From NCBI GenBank assembly GCA_963782055.1, contig CAWAIF010000002.1:224001-288000 (forward strand): DNA of 64,000 bases, written 5' to 3'. The notes under the pieces are model-generated. The model did no database searches and was not told the origin of the DNA. It saw only the letters and a program-made list of their open reading frames with translations. How positions within the stretch are numbered: position 1 is the first letter of the stretch; each line of letters starts with the position of its first letter. Shown here in pieces: positions 1 through 11,512 of this stretch. The position numbers were made by a program, and so were the translations under genes. This DNA comes from an uncultured delta proteobacterium (GTDB taxonomy: Bacteria; Myxococcota_A; Polyangia; Polyangiales; Polyangiaceae).

Positions 1-1
1 C

Positions 2-451
2 TTCGATGCCCCCACCGCGCCGGCGCTCTTCGCCAAGATCCTCCAGGGCGAGACGGCGAAGGCGGAGGGGGTGCCTGCGCCGCTCGCCGCGGTGATCCAC
101 AAGGCGATGGCGCTCGAGCCGGCGGACCGCTACGCCGACGTGGAGGCGCTCGCGGCGGAGGTGGAGACGGTGCTCGACGGGCGCACGCCGGAGGCGGAGC
201 ACGCACCGCTGGTGGTGCAGGCGGCGCGCTTCTACGTCGCGCGGGATCCGGCGATGGCGAAGCTGCGCGTCATCGACCTGGACTTCTGGGTGGGCGGCGC
301 CTTCGTCCTCGGCCTGGGCGTGGCGTCCTTCCTCGGCGGGTGGCTGCGCCACATGCGGTGGTTCGCCATCCTCCTGGGCCTGGCGATGGCCATCCCGACC
401 ACGGTGCGCTGGCTCCGCGTACGCAGGGAGTCGCGGCGCAAGAAGCGCTGA
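2..451 (+). CDS. C-terminal fragment of a Ser/Thr protein kinase with two C-terminal TM segments (5' end outside window)
   Basis: Frame open from base 2: FDAPTAPALFAKILQG...PAPLAAVIHKAMALEPADRY (kinase subdomains X-XI), then two hydrophobic segments and a basic tail. Confidence 0.75.
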   Translation, partial: FDAPTAPALFAKILQGETAKAEGVPAPLAAVIHKAMALEPADRYADVEALAAEVETVLDGRTPEAEHAPLVVQAARFYVARDPAMAKLRVIDLDFWVGGAFVLGLGVASFLGGWLRHMRWFAILLGLAMAIPTTVRWLRVRRESRRKKR

Positions 452-469
452 GCCCGCGGGCTCGGCGGG

Positions 470-2779
470 TCAGCGCGTCCGCAGGAAGCGGACGAGCACC
501 TTCTTCTCGCCCCACCCGGGGAAGAAGGCGACCACCGCCGGGTCCGCGGAGGGGATGAGCTTCTCCACGCGACCCTCGCCGAAGCGCTCGTGGAAGACGC
601 GGCTGCCGCGGTGCAGCTCCTGCGCGCTCGCCCCGGACGGCGGGACGTCGTCGAAGAAGTCGCGGTCGACGTAGCGGCCGGGGCCGGCGCTGGGCGGCGG
701 TTGCCCGAAGAGGTGCGGCGCGCGCGACGGAGGCGACTCGAACGCCGCCCCCTCCTCCTGCGGGTGGTGGAAGGCTCCGCCGCCGGAGTAGCGCGGCTCG
801 CGGTCGACGTAGCGCTCGCGCTCGGCGCGCGCCCCCGCTGTGGGGCGCTCCTCCATCAGGTCGGGCGGGATGTCGCCCAGGAAGCGGCTGGGCGTACCCC
901 ACTGCGTCCGCCCGAAGATCTGCCGGGTGCGCGCGGTGGTGAGCACCAGGCGGTCGCGCGCGCGGGTGACGGCGACGTAGGCGAGGCGCCGCTCCTCCTC
1001 CACCTCCTCGCGGGTGCTGGAGTCGTTCATGCTCCGGTAGGGGAACATGTCCTCCTCCATGCCGGTGAGGAAGACGGTGGAGAACTCCAGGCCCTTGGCG
1101 GCGTGCACGGTCATCAGGGTGACGGCGCCGTGGTCCTTCATCTCGTCGGTGTCGGCGCGGAGGGTGACCCGCTCGAGGAAGCCGGCGACGGTGGCCTCCT
1201 CGCCGGCGGCGGCCGCCTCCGTCTCGTAGTCGCGCAGCGAGCCGACGAGCTCCTGCAGGTTCTCCAGGCGCGACTCCGCCTCCACGCTGCCCTCGTCGCG
1301 GAGCATGGTGAGGTAGCCGGTGGCCTCCAGCACGTAGACGAGCGTCTCGCTGGGGGAGTGCTCACGCGACTCGCGCTCGACGCGGGCCAGAAGCTGGCGC
1401 ACGGCGCCGAGCTTCTTCTTCGCCGCGGCGGGGAGGACCGACGCCTCGTTCACGTGCTCCAGCGACTCGAAGAGGGAGAGGCGCCGCTCGGTGGCGAAGG
1501 ACTGCAGGCGCTCCAGCGTGGTGTGGCCGATGCCGCGCGAGGGGGTGTTGATGACGCGCAAAAGGTCGACGTCGCTCTTGGGGTTCACCACGACGCGCAG
1601 GTAGGAGAGGGCGTCCTTGACCTCGGCGCGCTCGAAGAACTTGGTGCCGCCGACGATCTGGTACGGCACGCGCCCGGCGCGCAGCGCCTCCTCCAGCACG
1701 CGCGACTGGGCGTGCACGCGGTAGAAGACGGCGGCGTCGCGCAGGTCGCCGCCCTCGGCCACGAGCGTCTGCAGGGCGCGCACCACGAAGGCGGCCTCGT
1801 CGTGCTCGTCGCGCGCGGTCACCAGGACGATGGGGTCGCCGGCGTCGTTCGCCGTCCACAGCTCCTTCGGCTCGCGGGAGAGGGCGGGCTCGATGACGGC
1901 GAGCGCCGCGCGCACGATCCGCCCGGTGGAGCGGTAGTTCTGCTCCAGCTTGACGACGGTGGCGTCGGGGTAGTCCCGGCGGAAGCCCAGGATGTTGCGG
2001 CGGTCGGCCCCGCGCCACCGGTAGATGGACTGATCGTCGTCGCCGACGACGCACAGGTTCCGCGAGCCGCTCGCCAGCAGGCGGACGAGCTCGTACTGCA
2101 TCATGCTGGTGTCCTGGAACTCGTCGACGAGCACGTGCTCGAAGCGGCGGCGCAGGCGCTCCGACTCCGGTGTCTGCAGGGCGAGGAGCTTGCGCGTCTT
2201 CAGGATGAGGTCCTCGAAGTCCACCGCGCCAGCCGCCTCCAGCGCCTCCTGGTAGCGACGGTAGACCTTCTGCGCGATCTCCTCCTCGAAGCGCGCGACG
2301 TCCATGTCCTCCGGACCGTGGCCCTCCTGCTTCTCCTTCTGGATGCGGTGCAGCACGGCGCGGGCGGGGTTTCGCTTCTCGTCCAGGTCGAGGGCGCGGA
2401 TGGCGCGGGAGACGAGGGTCTTCTGGTCGGTGGTGTCGTAGATGACGAAGTTGGACGGCACGCCCACCGCGGTGCCGTGGCGGCGTAGCAGTCGGGCGCA
2501 GGTGGCGTGGAAGGTGCCGACCCAGAGCTCCTTCGCCAGGTTCTCGCCCACCAGGTGCTGGAGGCGCGCGCGCATCTCCCCGGCGGCCTTGTTGGTGAAG
2601 GTGACCGCCAGGATGCGGTACGGCGCCACGTGCTCGCACGCGATGAGGTTGGCGATGCGGTAGGTGATGACGCGCGTCTTGCCGCTGCCCGCGCCGGCGA
2701 ACACCAGCAGCGGACCGGACACGTGGGCGACCGCCTCTGCCTGAGGTCCGTTCAGCCCTTCGGTCGCCACCGCGCTCAC
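470..2779 (-). CDS. uvrD: ATP-dependent DNA helicase UvrD/PcrA
   Basis: AGAGSGKT, TFTNKAA, VDEFQD, VGDDDQSIY, LEQNYRS, TVHAAKGLEF, EERRLAYVAVTRA and C-terminal Tudor-like HERFGEG; GTG start at 2779 with GGGAG upstream. Confidence 0.95.
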   Translation of the reverse strand: MSAVATEGLNGPQAEAVAHVSGPLLVFAGAGSGKTRVITYRIANLIACEHVAPYRILAVTFTNKAAGEMRARLQHLVGENLAKELWVGTFHATCARLLRRHGTAVGVPSNFVIYDTTDQKTLVSRAIRALDLDEKRNPARAVLHRIQKEKQEGHGPEDMDVARFEEEIAQKVYRRYQEALEAAGAVDFEDLILKTRKLLALQTPESERLRRRFEHVLVDEFQDTSMMQYELVRLLASGSRNLCVVGDDDQSIYRWRGADRRNILGFRRDYPDATVVKLEQNYRSTGRIVRAALAVIEPALSREPKELWTANDAGDPIVLVTARDEHDEAAFVVRALQTLVAEGGDLRDAAVFYRVHAQSRVLEEALRAGRVPYQIVGGTKFFERAEVKDALSYLRVVVNPKSDVDLLRVINTPSRGIGHTTLERLQSFATERRLSLFESLEHVNEASVLPAAAKKKLGAVRQLLARVERESREHSPSETLVYVLEATGYLTMLRDEGSVEAESRLENLQELVGSLRDYETEAAAAGEEATVAGFLERVTLRADTDEMKDHGAVTLMTVHAAKGLEFSTVFLTGMEEDMFPYRSMNDSSTREEVEEERRLAYVAVTRARDRLVLTTARTRQIFGRTQWGTPSRFLGDIPPDLMEERPTAGARAERERYVDREPRYSGGGAFHHPQEEGAAFESPPSRAPHLFGQPPPSAGPGRYVDRDFFDDVPPSGASAQELHRGSRVFHERFGEGRVEKLIPSADPAVVAFFPGWGEKKVLVRFLRTR

Positions 2780-2840
2780 CCGTCTCCCATAGCGCCCCGC
2801 GCCCATCACCTCAACACACCCCCCCGCGTGTCCTCTCTCT

Positions 2841-2867
2841 CTCTTCCCCGGGGCCGGGGGGGTGAGG

Positions 2868-2870
<3 letters not shown>
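2841..2870 (-). repeat. Degenerate, hairpin-deleted copy of the CCTCACCCC/CCTCTCCAC palindromic element
   Basis: Minus strand TGA-CCTCACCCCCCCGGCCCC-GGGGAAGAG: both ends of the element seen at 20354, 23258 and 26201, without the central hairpin. Confidence 0.55.
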
Positions 2871-4958
<2,088 letters not shown>

Positions 4959-5083
4959 GGTGGCGAGCGCCCGGCGAGGGCCGAGCCGAACGAGGATACT
5001 CCCCGCCGCGCGCCGCGCGTAGCCCTAAGCCGGTGGGAAAAATCCGCGCGGCACCCCGAAGCCGCCGTGGCCGCCGCCCTCAA

Positions 5084-6913
5084 TCAGCGCTTGTAGACGG
5101 TGATGATGGGGACGCCGTCGTGCGTCAGCACGTAGTCCGGCTTGTCGGTCCCGAAGACCACCCAGATCTGGTAGGCGACGCCGCGCATGTGCTTCTCCAG
5201 GTGGACGATGGCGATCTGCGCCTCGCTGGGGCTGCCGACGGCCTGCAGGTCCGGGCGCACCCGGTCCTCCTGGATCAGGCGGTTCCACGAATCCCACGCG
5301 GTGTCGTGGATGAAGACGCGCGCGTGCGGCGGGGCGGAGCGCGCGAAGTACGGCTCCAGGCTCTGGGTCGTGAAGCCCCAGAACTGCCGGTTGAGCCCCA
5401 GGTCTGCGCCGCCGGCGGTGCCCCCGACGAAGGGCACGTAGGAGGAGAGGCCGAAGGGGTGGGAGTGGATGGTGATGGCGAGCGGCGGCGTGATGATCAG
5501 CGCGGCGAGGGCGATCTGGGCGGCGACGCGCTGCTGCGCGGTCTTCAGCCACACCACGGCGTCCTTCATCTTGTCGGCGCACAGCTCGAAGCCGCGGCCG
5601 GCGAAGAGGGCGAGGAAGGGGTACGCCGGCATCCAGTGCTTCGTCCCGCCGAAGATGGGGGTCTTGGGCAGGAAGAAGACGGCGATGGCCGAGCTCATGG
5701 CGAGGAAGAAGAGCAGATCGCTCTCGGCGCGGTCGCGCGGGGGGCGGGGGGCGTCGCCGCGCTTGCCGCGGACGAAGTCGAAGAAGCGCAGTGTCAGGGC
5801 GCGCAGGCGGTCGAAGGCTCCCACGGCGAAGAGCACCAGCGTCACGGTGGGCACCGTCGCGGCGATCATCACCGGCGCGTACGAGGTGGGCGAGGGCGCG
5901 CTGAAGTAGTTTTTGTGCAGGTACTCGATGTTGTAATAGACATGGTTCATGTGGAAGCTCACGTACGCGTCGAGACGCGCGAACGTGTCGTTCCACAGCC
6001 AGGGCCAGAACGCGTAGAAGACGAGCGGGCCGATGGTGGCCATCGCGATGAGGCTGGTGGGCAGGGGCAGCCGCCCCACCTTCACCTCGCGGGAGATGGG
6101 CTTCCACATCGCCACGATCGCGTGGGGGACGAAGACGGCGGGGAGGATCCACGCGTTGTGCTTCGTCTCCAGCGTGAGGCCGTACATGACGCCGCTGGCG
6201 ATCGCCCAGCCCAGGCCGCCCTCCTGCAGGGAGCGCCAGTAGACGTAGATGCAGGCCGTCCACATCGCCATGATGGGGACGTCGAAGCAGGCGAGGTGGG
6301 AGTGGTAGAAGACGCGCGGCATGAGCGCGAGGAGCGACGCCGCCATGAAGCCCGAGCGGCGTGACCAGGTGCGCGCGCCGAAGAGGTAGGTGATCCAGAG
6401 GGTCATGCCGGCGGTGCACATCGCCGGGAAGCGGAAGGAGGTGCTGGCGTCGTGGAAGAGGTGCCAGCGCTGGTAGAGGTACGTCCAGGAGAACCCGAAG
6501 AGCGTCTTCATGAGCGCCGGGTGCTCGTGGTTGTTGCTCCACGGACCGTCGATGGCGGCGCGCTGCACCGCCTGCGCGGGGTGCGTGAAGAGGAGCTGGT
6601 ACCAGTGCGCGTAGTCCTGCGCGGCGCGGAAGTAGAAGCCCTCGTCGCGCGCGAACCCCAGGTTGCGCGCGGTGGCGAGCAGCCAGATCACGTAGGTGGC
6701 CGCCAGCCCGAAGCCGATCACCTGATCCCGCCACCCGATCTTCTGCGGCAGCGTGATCAGCCCCCGCCAGTCGAACCCCGAGCTCGCCGACTTCCCGTCA
6801 CCCTTCCCCTCACTCCCGCGCTCGCCCTCGCGCTCGCGCTCGCTCCCGCGCTCCGCGGACGTCTCCTCCTCTGCGTCCACCCCCTCGCCCGGCTTCTTCT
6901 CCTGGGTGCTCAT
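5084..6913 (-). CDS. GT-C fold glycosyltransferase (GT39/ArnT/PMT-like)
   Basis: Polytopic membrane protein; RDEGFY acidic motif after first TM, EHPAL, RFP, ACFD, LETK. Confidence 0.8.
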   Translation of the reverse strand: MSTQEKKPGEGVDAEEETSAERGSEREREGERGSEGKGDGKSASSGFDWRGLITLPQKIGWRDQVIGFGLAATYVIWLLATARNLGFARDEGFYFRAAQDYAHWYQLLFTHPAQAVQRAAIDGPWSNNHEHPALMKTLFGFSWTYLYQRWHLFHDASTSFRFPAMCTAGMTLWITYLFGARTWSRRSGFMAASLLALMPRVFYHSHLACFDVPIMAMWTACIYVYWRSLQEGGLGWAIASGVMYGLTLETKHNAWILPAVFVPHAIVAMWKPISREVKVGRLPLPTSLIAMATIGPLVFYAFWPWLWNDTFARLDAYVSFHMNHVYYNIEYLHKNYFSAPSPTSYAPVMIAATVPTVTLVLFAVGAFDRLRALTLRFFDFVRGKRGDAPRPPRDRAESDLLFFLAMSSAIAVFFLPKTPIFGGTKHWMPAYPFLALFAGRGFELCADKMKDAVVWLKTAQQRVAAQIALAALIITPPLAITIHSHPFGLSSYVPFVGGTAGGADLGLNRQFWGFTTQSLEPYFARSAPPHARVFIHDTAWDSWNRLIQEDRVRPDLQAVGSPSEAQIAIVHLEKHMRGVAYQIWVVFGTDKPDYVLTHDGVPIITVYKR

Positions 6914-7857
6914 CGCGTGTCCGCCTCGAAGCAGTACATGCGCCGGTCACCGCTTGGCGAGCTGATCTCCGCCTCCAGCTCGGCGGTCTGGCCGTCCAGA
7001 TCGCTCGTGTCCAGCTCGAAGCCCTTCCAGCCGTCGCCGTCGCGGTGCACCACGCTGCCGATGGGGCGCTGCCCCGAGCGGAAGAGCAGGGTCACCGGCG
7101 CGCCCTTCTTGTCGCGCTCCGCCTCCACGTACAGGCCGTGATGGCCGTGCAGCCCGCGACCGAAGTGGATGGCGTCGAACTTCACCAGCAGCACGCTGCC
7201 CGCGCCCTGCGGCGGCGCGTAGAAGCACCGGCGTGGCAGGTAGTTCAGATCCGGCAGGACCGTCAGGCCCACGAGCGCGTTGCCCTGACACTGGTAGCGA
7301 TCGCCCGGGATGGCGGGGCCGAAACCCAGGCCGCCGCTGCGCGGGCTGCTGTGAATGAAGGGGCAATCGCGCGCGCCGCTGGTCTCCGCCAGGTAGACGT
7401 GCATGTCCGGCTTGCCGGCGTGGCGGAGCAGGTCGTCCTTCAGCACGACGGGCGAGGGGTTCTGCAGGGTGGTGATGGTGATGGCGCCGGCGCGCGTCGT
7501 CTCCACCGTCTTCCAGCCGGCGAGGTCGGGCACGTGCTCGCCGCGGATGGAGACCTCCAGCGCGCGGGGGAAGCGGGTGACGTCGGGGTACGCCTCCCGC
7601 TCCAGGGTGGCGATCTGCGGGCCGAACTTCTCGCGGCCGATGGGATCCACCCAGCGTGGCGCGAAGGCGACCAGGTCGTCCGGCTTGACGCGCTTCTGCA
7701 CCTCTTGCTTCGCCTGCGCCCAGTCGGCGTCGGAGGTGACGCCGTTGACCTGGGAGACGTGCAGGCCGAGCTCGACGACGGCGACGAGCGGCACCGCGGC
7801 GAACGCCCATCGGCGCGCGAGCGTCCACACCGAAGGGCCGGCTTTGTCTTTCTCCAA
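6910..7857 (-). CDS. Hypothetical membrane-anchored exported protein
   Basis: N-terminal TM; stop overlaps start of the GT-C gene (ATGA at 6910-6913); GC3-rich codon pattern; TTG start. Confidence 0.7.
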   Translation of the reverse strand: MEKDKAGPSVWTLARRWAFAAVPLVAVVELGLHVSQVNGVTSDADWAQAKQEVQKRVKPDDLVAFAPRWVDPIGREKFGPQIATLEREAYPDVTRFPRALEVSIRGEHVPDLAGWKTVETTRAGAITITTLQNPSPVVLKDDLLRHAGKPDMHVYLAETSGARDCPFIHSSPRSGGLGFGPAIPGDRYQCQGNALVGLTVLPDLNYLPRRCFYAPPQGAGSVLLVKFDAIHFGRGLHGHHGLYVEAERDKKGAPVTLLFRSGQRPIGSVVHRDGDGWKGFELDTSDLDGQTAELEAEISSPSGDRRMYCFEADTR

Positions 7858-7971
7858 AGCGCGGCGAGCTTACCTGAAGTCGGTGCAAAGTCACCGCGCT
7901 TGCACCCGGTGGCGGGTCTGGGCGGGACGGCTCGCCGCGCGGACCCGCCGCCACCGCGACTCCGGGGCGGC

Positions 7972-8925
7972 TCAGTCGTCGTCCTTGTCGGGCTCGAGGT
8001 TGACGCGGTCGCGTATCACGTAGAGCGGCCGGCGCTTCACCTCCTCGTAGATGCGCCCGACGTACTCGCCCAGGATGCCAATCATCAGGAGCTGCACCGA
8101 GGCCAGCAGCGAGATGAGCACCACCGTGGCTGTCCAGCCGGGCACCGTCCGCTTCAGGAAGAAGTGCACGATCACCGCCCAGATGGCGTAGAGCACGCTG
8201 AGCGCGCTCATCGTGACCCCGAGGTAGGTCGAGAAGCGCAGCGGGAGCACGCTGAAGGACGTGATGCCGTCCACCGCGAAGCGGACCATCTTGCGGAGCG
8301 GGTATTTCGTCGTGCCGGCGAAGCGCGCGGGCCGGTCGTAGAGCACGGCGGTCTGGCGGAAGCCGACCCACGACACCATCCCCCGGACGAAGCGGTGCGT
8401 CTCGCGGAGCGCGCGGAGGGTGAGCACGACGCGCCGGCTCATCAGGCGGAAGTCGCCGGTGTCCAGCGGCACCTGGATCGGGATCATCGCGGCGAAGAGG
8501 CGATAGAAGGCCTTCGCGGTGATCTTCTTGAAGAAGGTCTCCCCCGCGCGCGACTGCCGCTTGCCGTAGACGACGTCGTAGCCCTCGCGCCACTTCAGCA
8601 TCATCTCCAGCACGACCGACGGCGGGTCCTGCAGATCGGCGTCCATCACCACCACAGCCTCGCCCCGGGCGTGATCCACGCCCGCGGTGATCGCCGTCTG
8701 GTGGCCGAAGTTGCGCGAGAAGGACAGGATGCGGTAGCGCGCGTCTTGCTCGACGAGCTTCTGCAAGAGCTCGAAGGTCGCGTCGCGCGAGCCGTCGTCC
8801 ACGAAGACGACCTCGGCGTCGGTGGCCAGCGCCTTCAAGAACTCCTGGAGCTGCTGGTGCAGCTCCGGGATGACCTGCTCCTCGTCGTAGACGGGCAGGA
8901 CGAGACTGAGCGTGGGCCGGGCCAT
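7972..8925 (-). CDS. GT2 polyprenyl-phosphate glycosyltransferase (GtrB/ArnC/YkoT-like)
   Basis: VLPVYDEE, VDDGSRD, SRNFGHQ, DADLQDPP, GDFRLM, two C-terminal TMs, GEYVGRIYEEVKRRPLY. Confidence 0.92.
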   Translation of the reverse strand: MARPTLSLVLPVYDEEQVIPELHQQLQEFLKALATDAEVVFVDDGSRDATFELLQKLVEQDARYRILSFSRNFGHQTAITAGVDHARGEAVVVMDADLQDPPSVVLEMMLKWREGYDVVYGKRQSRAGETFFKKITAKAFYRLFAAMIPIQVPLDTGDFRLMSRRVVLTLRALRETHRFVRGMVSWVGFRQTAVLYDRPARFAGTTKYPLRKMVRFAVDGITSFSVLPLRFSTYLGVTMSALSVLYAIWAVIVHFFLKRTVPGWTATVVLISLLASVQLLMIGILGEYVGRIYEEVKRRPLYVIRDRVNLEPDKDDD

Positions 8926-8945
8926 GCCGCGCGGATGGTATCAGA

Positions 8946-9908
8946 TCACGCCTGGGGCGCGGCCCCGGCGGCCGCCGCCGCGGACGCCACGATCTCGCGC
9001 AGGCCGATCGTCGGTGTCCACCCGAGCACGCGTCGCGCCTTCTCCACCGAGGCGACGAGCACGGCTGGGTCGCCTGCCCGACGCGGCGACTCGATCACCG
9101 GAACGCGCGCTCCGGTCACGTCCTGGACCGCGGCGATGACCTCGCGCACCGAGGCGCCCTTGCCCGAGCCCACGTTGAACGCGCCGCCCGGGCCGCCCGC
9201 GCGCAGGTGCTCGAGCACTGCGAGGTGCGCGAGCGCCAGATCACGCACGTGGACGTAGTCGCGGATGCAGGTGCCGTCGGGCGTGGGCCAGTCGGTGCCG
9301 AAGAGGCGTAGCGGAGGGCCGGACCCCGCGGCCGCGGCCAGGGTGAGCGGGATGAGGTGCGTCTCCGGGTCGTGGCGCTCGCGCAGGCCGCCGAACGCCC
9401 CCGCCGCGTTGAAGTACCGGAGCGCCGACCAGGCGATCCCGTACGCGCGCGCGTAGCCGGCGAGGGCGTGCTCGAAGGCGAGCTTCGTCTCCCCGTAAGG
9501 GTTGATCGGCCGCGTCGGATGCTCCTCCACGATGGGGGTCGCGTCGGGCGTTCCGTAGACGGCGGCGGTGGACGAGAAGACGAACGCCGGGGTGCGCGCC
9601 TCGAGCGCGGCGTCCAGCGCCGCGAGGCTCTCGACGAGGTTGTCCTGCCAGTACCTGCGCGGGTTGGTGACCGACTCCCCGACCTGGATGCGTCCGGCGA
9701 AGTGGATCACCGCGTCGGCGCCGCGGCACGCGTCGAGCATCGCCGGGTCGCTCGTCTTCGCGACCACGAGCGTCGCGCTCGCCGGGACGGCGTCGCGGTG
9801 GCCGCCGGAGAGATCGTCGACGACGCACGCCTCATGGCCGCGCTCGAGGAGGAGCGCCGTCATGTGCGAGCCGATGTAGCCCGCGCCGCCCGTGACGACG
9901 ACCTTCAC
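8946..9908 (-). CDS. galE: UDP-glucose 4-epimerase
   Basis: VTGGAGYIGSH, VGESV, FSSTAAVYG, YGETK, LRYFNAAG, ETHLIP, DGTCIRDYVHV, RRAGDP; GTG start at 9908. Confidence 0.93.
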   Translation of the reverse strand: MKVVVTGGAGYIGSHMTALLLERGHEACVVDDLSGGHRDAVPASATLVVAKTSDPAMLDACRGADAVIHFAGRIQVGESVTNPRRYWQDNLVESLAALDAALEARTPAFVFSSTAAVYGTPDATPIVEEHPTRPINPYGETKLAFEHALAGYARAYGIAWSALRYFNAAGAFGGLRERHDPETHLIPLTLAAAAGSGPPLRLFGTDWPTPDGTCIRDYVHVRDLALAHLAVLEHLRAGGPGGAFNVGSGKGASVREVIAAVQDVTGARVPVIESPRRAGDPAVLVASVEKARRVLGWTPTIGLREIVASAAAAAGAAPQA

Positions 9909-9909
9909 G

Positions 9910-11418
9910 TCAGTCCCTCTGCCAGACCTGCCAGCGGTCCTCGCTGAAGATCCGGTGGTAGGTCCCCGGGGGCGGGTGGAAGCCATTGCCGCGCTCGAGG
10001 ACGTAGTCGTAGTACGGGTAGATCTCGCGGAAGGGGGTCTGCGAGGGCGTCCACTCCCAGCGAAGCCGCGCGGGGCGCCCGGGCGGTGGCAGCTTGCCCG
10101 GCCTGTACTGGAACGGCCAGTGAGGGAAGCCGGCGTAGGAGAACATCACCAGGCCGCCCTTCTCCGCCTGGTAGTACGAGACGAAGTGGAGGAACGGCGC
10201 GTTCGGCACGACGGAGGAGCCGCGGTCGTAGATGAGCCCGCACACCTTCTTGCCGGGCTCCATCGCGTCGATGGCGCCGTCGAAGTCGCCGACCTCGTCC
10301 ACCTCGAACTTGATGAAGTGCTTGCACGTGTTGACGATGCTGCCGAAGCAGACGAACAGCACGGCCGCGACGGCGACGAGCCCGCGGGTGGGGTTGCGCG
10401 GCATCCGCAGCAGGGGGATGGCGCAGAGCAGTCCGGGCACCGGGAAGCGCTGCGCGAGGAGCCACACGTCGCCAAGGTGATCCGCCAGCGTGACGAAGCC
10501 GACGATGCAGAGGAGCACCACCGGGAAGAAGCGGCGTGAGAGGGGGCTGGAGCGGTCCGACTCGCCCTGCGAGAGACCCATGGCGAGGATCGCCGTCATC
10601 ACCAGCAGGAGGAGCCACTTCTCGTCGGACTGATCCTTGAAGACGTTGGTCGACCACTGCAAGATCTGGGAGAAGGACGTCTCGAGCGGCGGGGCCGCGA
10701 AGATCCCTCCGCTGCGGTGGCCGTGCTCCGCAGCCTTGCCCGCATCCGATCCCAGGAACCACCAGAGCGCGCACAGCGCCGAGGGGACCCCGGGGAGCGC
10801 CGCGCGGACCCAGCGCGACGGGCGCGTCCACGGGAAGAAGAGGATGTAGACGACGCCGAAGAGGAAGAACGGCAGGACGTGTGTGAAGAAGAGCGCCACG
10901 CCCACGATCGCCAGGATCACCCCGGTCCTGCGCGTCGGGCGCTCGATGTCGCGCGCGGTGTACGCCATCCCCAGGAACATGACCGGGAAGCCGAGGACGA
11001 ACGGCAAGAGCCCGTAGAGGAACATCACGTTCACGACGAGCGGCACGGCGAAGAGGCACAGGCGCTCGTCCTTCTTCAGCGCCTTGAGGAGCTCGCGCAG
11101 CGCCAGCGGCGTGCCCCCGAGGTACAGGCACATCAGCAGGATGTTGGCCTTGTAGGCGCCGAGCACGTACGCGAACAGCGACCCCACCAGATAGTACCCG
11201 AGGTACGACGTGTGGAGCAGGTTCAGGGTGTAGTAGTCCTGAAAGTGCAGGGCCGGGTCGCCGAAGTCGTGAATCACCCGGATCGTCGCGATGTGGAACG
11301 GCAGGTCCTCGAGCGGCGGGTGACGCACAATCCAGGCGGGCGCCGTCGCGAAGAGCGCGACCACCCAGTAGAAGACCGTGGAGGCGCGCGGCGCCTTCAG
11401 CCTCGCGATGACGTTCAT
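9910..11418 (-). CDS. Polytopic membrane protein, putative GT-C fold transferase
   Basis: Roughly 10 hydrophobic segments, PPLEDLPFH motif after TM1, soluble C-terminal domain; 1 nt from the galE start; alternative start 11433. Confidence 0.65.
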   Translation of the reverse strand: MNVIARLKAPRASTVFYWVVALFATAPAWIVRHPPLEDLPFHIATIRVIHDFGDPALHFQDYYTLNLLHTSYLGYYLVGSLFAYVLGAYKANILLMCLYLGGTPLALRELLKALKKDERLCLFAVPLVVNVMFLYGLLPFVLGFPVMFLGMAYTARDIERPTRRTGVILAIVGVALFFTHVLPFFLFGVVYILFFPWTRPSRWVRAALPGVPSALCALWWFLGSDAGKAAEHGHRSGGIFAAPPLETSFSQILQWSTNVFKDQSDEKWLLLLVMTAILAMGLSQGESDRSSPLSRRFFPVVLLCIVGFVTLADHLGDVWLLAQRFPVPGLLCAIPLLRMPRNPTRGLVAVAAVLFVCFGSIVNTCKHFIKFEVDEVGDFDGAIDAMEPGKKVCGLIYDRGSSVVPNAPFLHFVSYYQAEKGGLVMFSYAGFPHWPFQYRPGKLPPPGRPARLRWEWTPSQTPFREIYPYYDYVLERGNGFHPPPGTYHRIFSEDRWQVWQRD

Positions 11419-11512
11419 GGGGCGACGCGACACGGCCGGGGACCGGTGGGTCCTTCCGCATGAACGGTGAGCGTCGGCATGGCGAGGGCTGGCGATTCAA
11501 GCGCACTTTTCG

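Noticed and set aside
450..463. GAGCCCGCGGGCTC palindrome between convergent genes as a terminator
   Set aside because: Short stem with no U-tract; such palindromes are common by chance at this GC content.
6790..6860. GAGCGC/GAGGGC hexamer run (EREREGERGSE) at the GT39 N-terminus
   Set aside because: Short low-complexity tract in a disordered N-terminus with no evidence of separate function.
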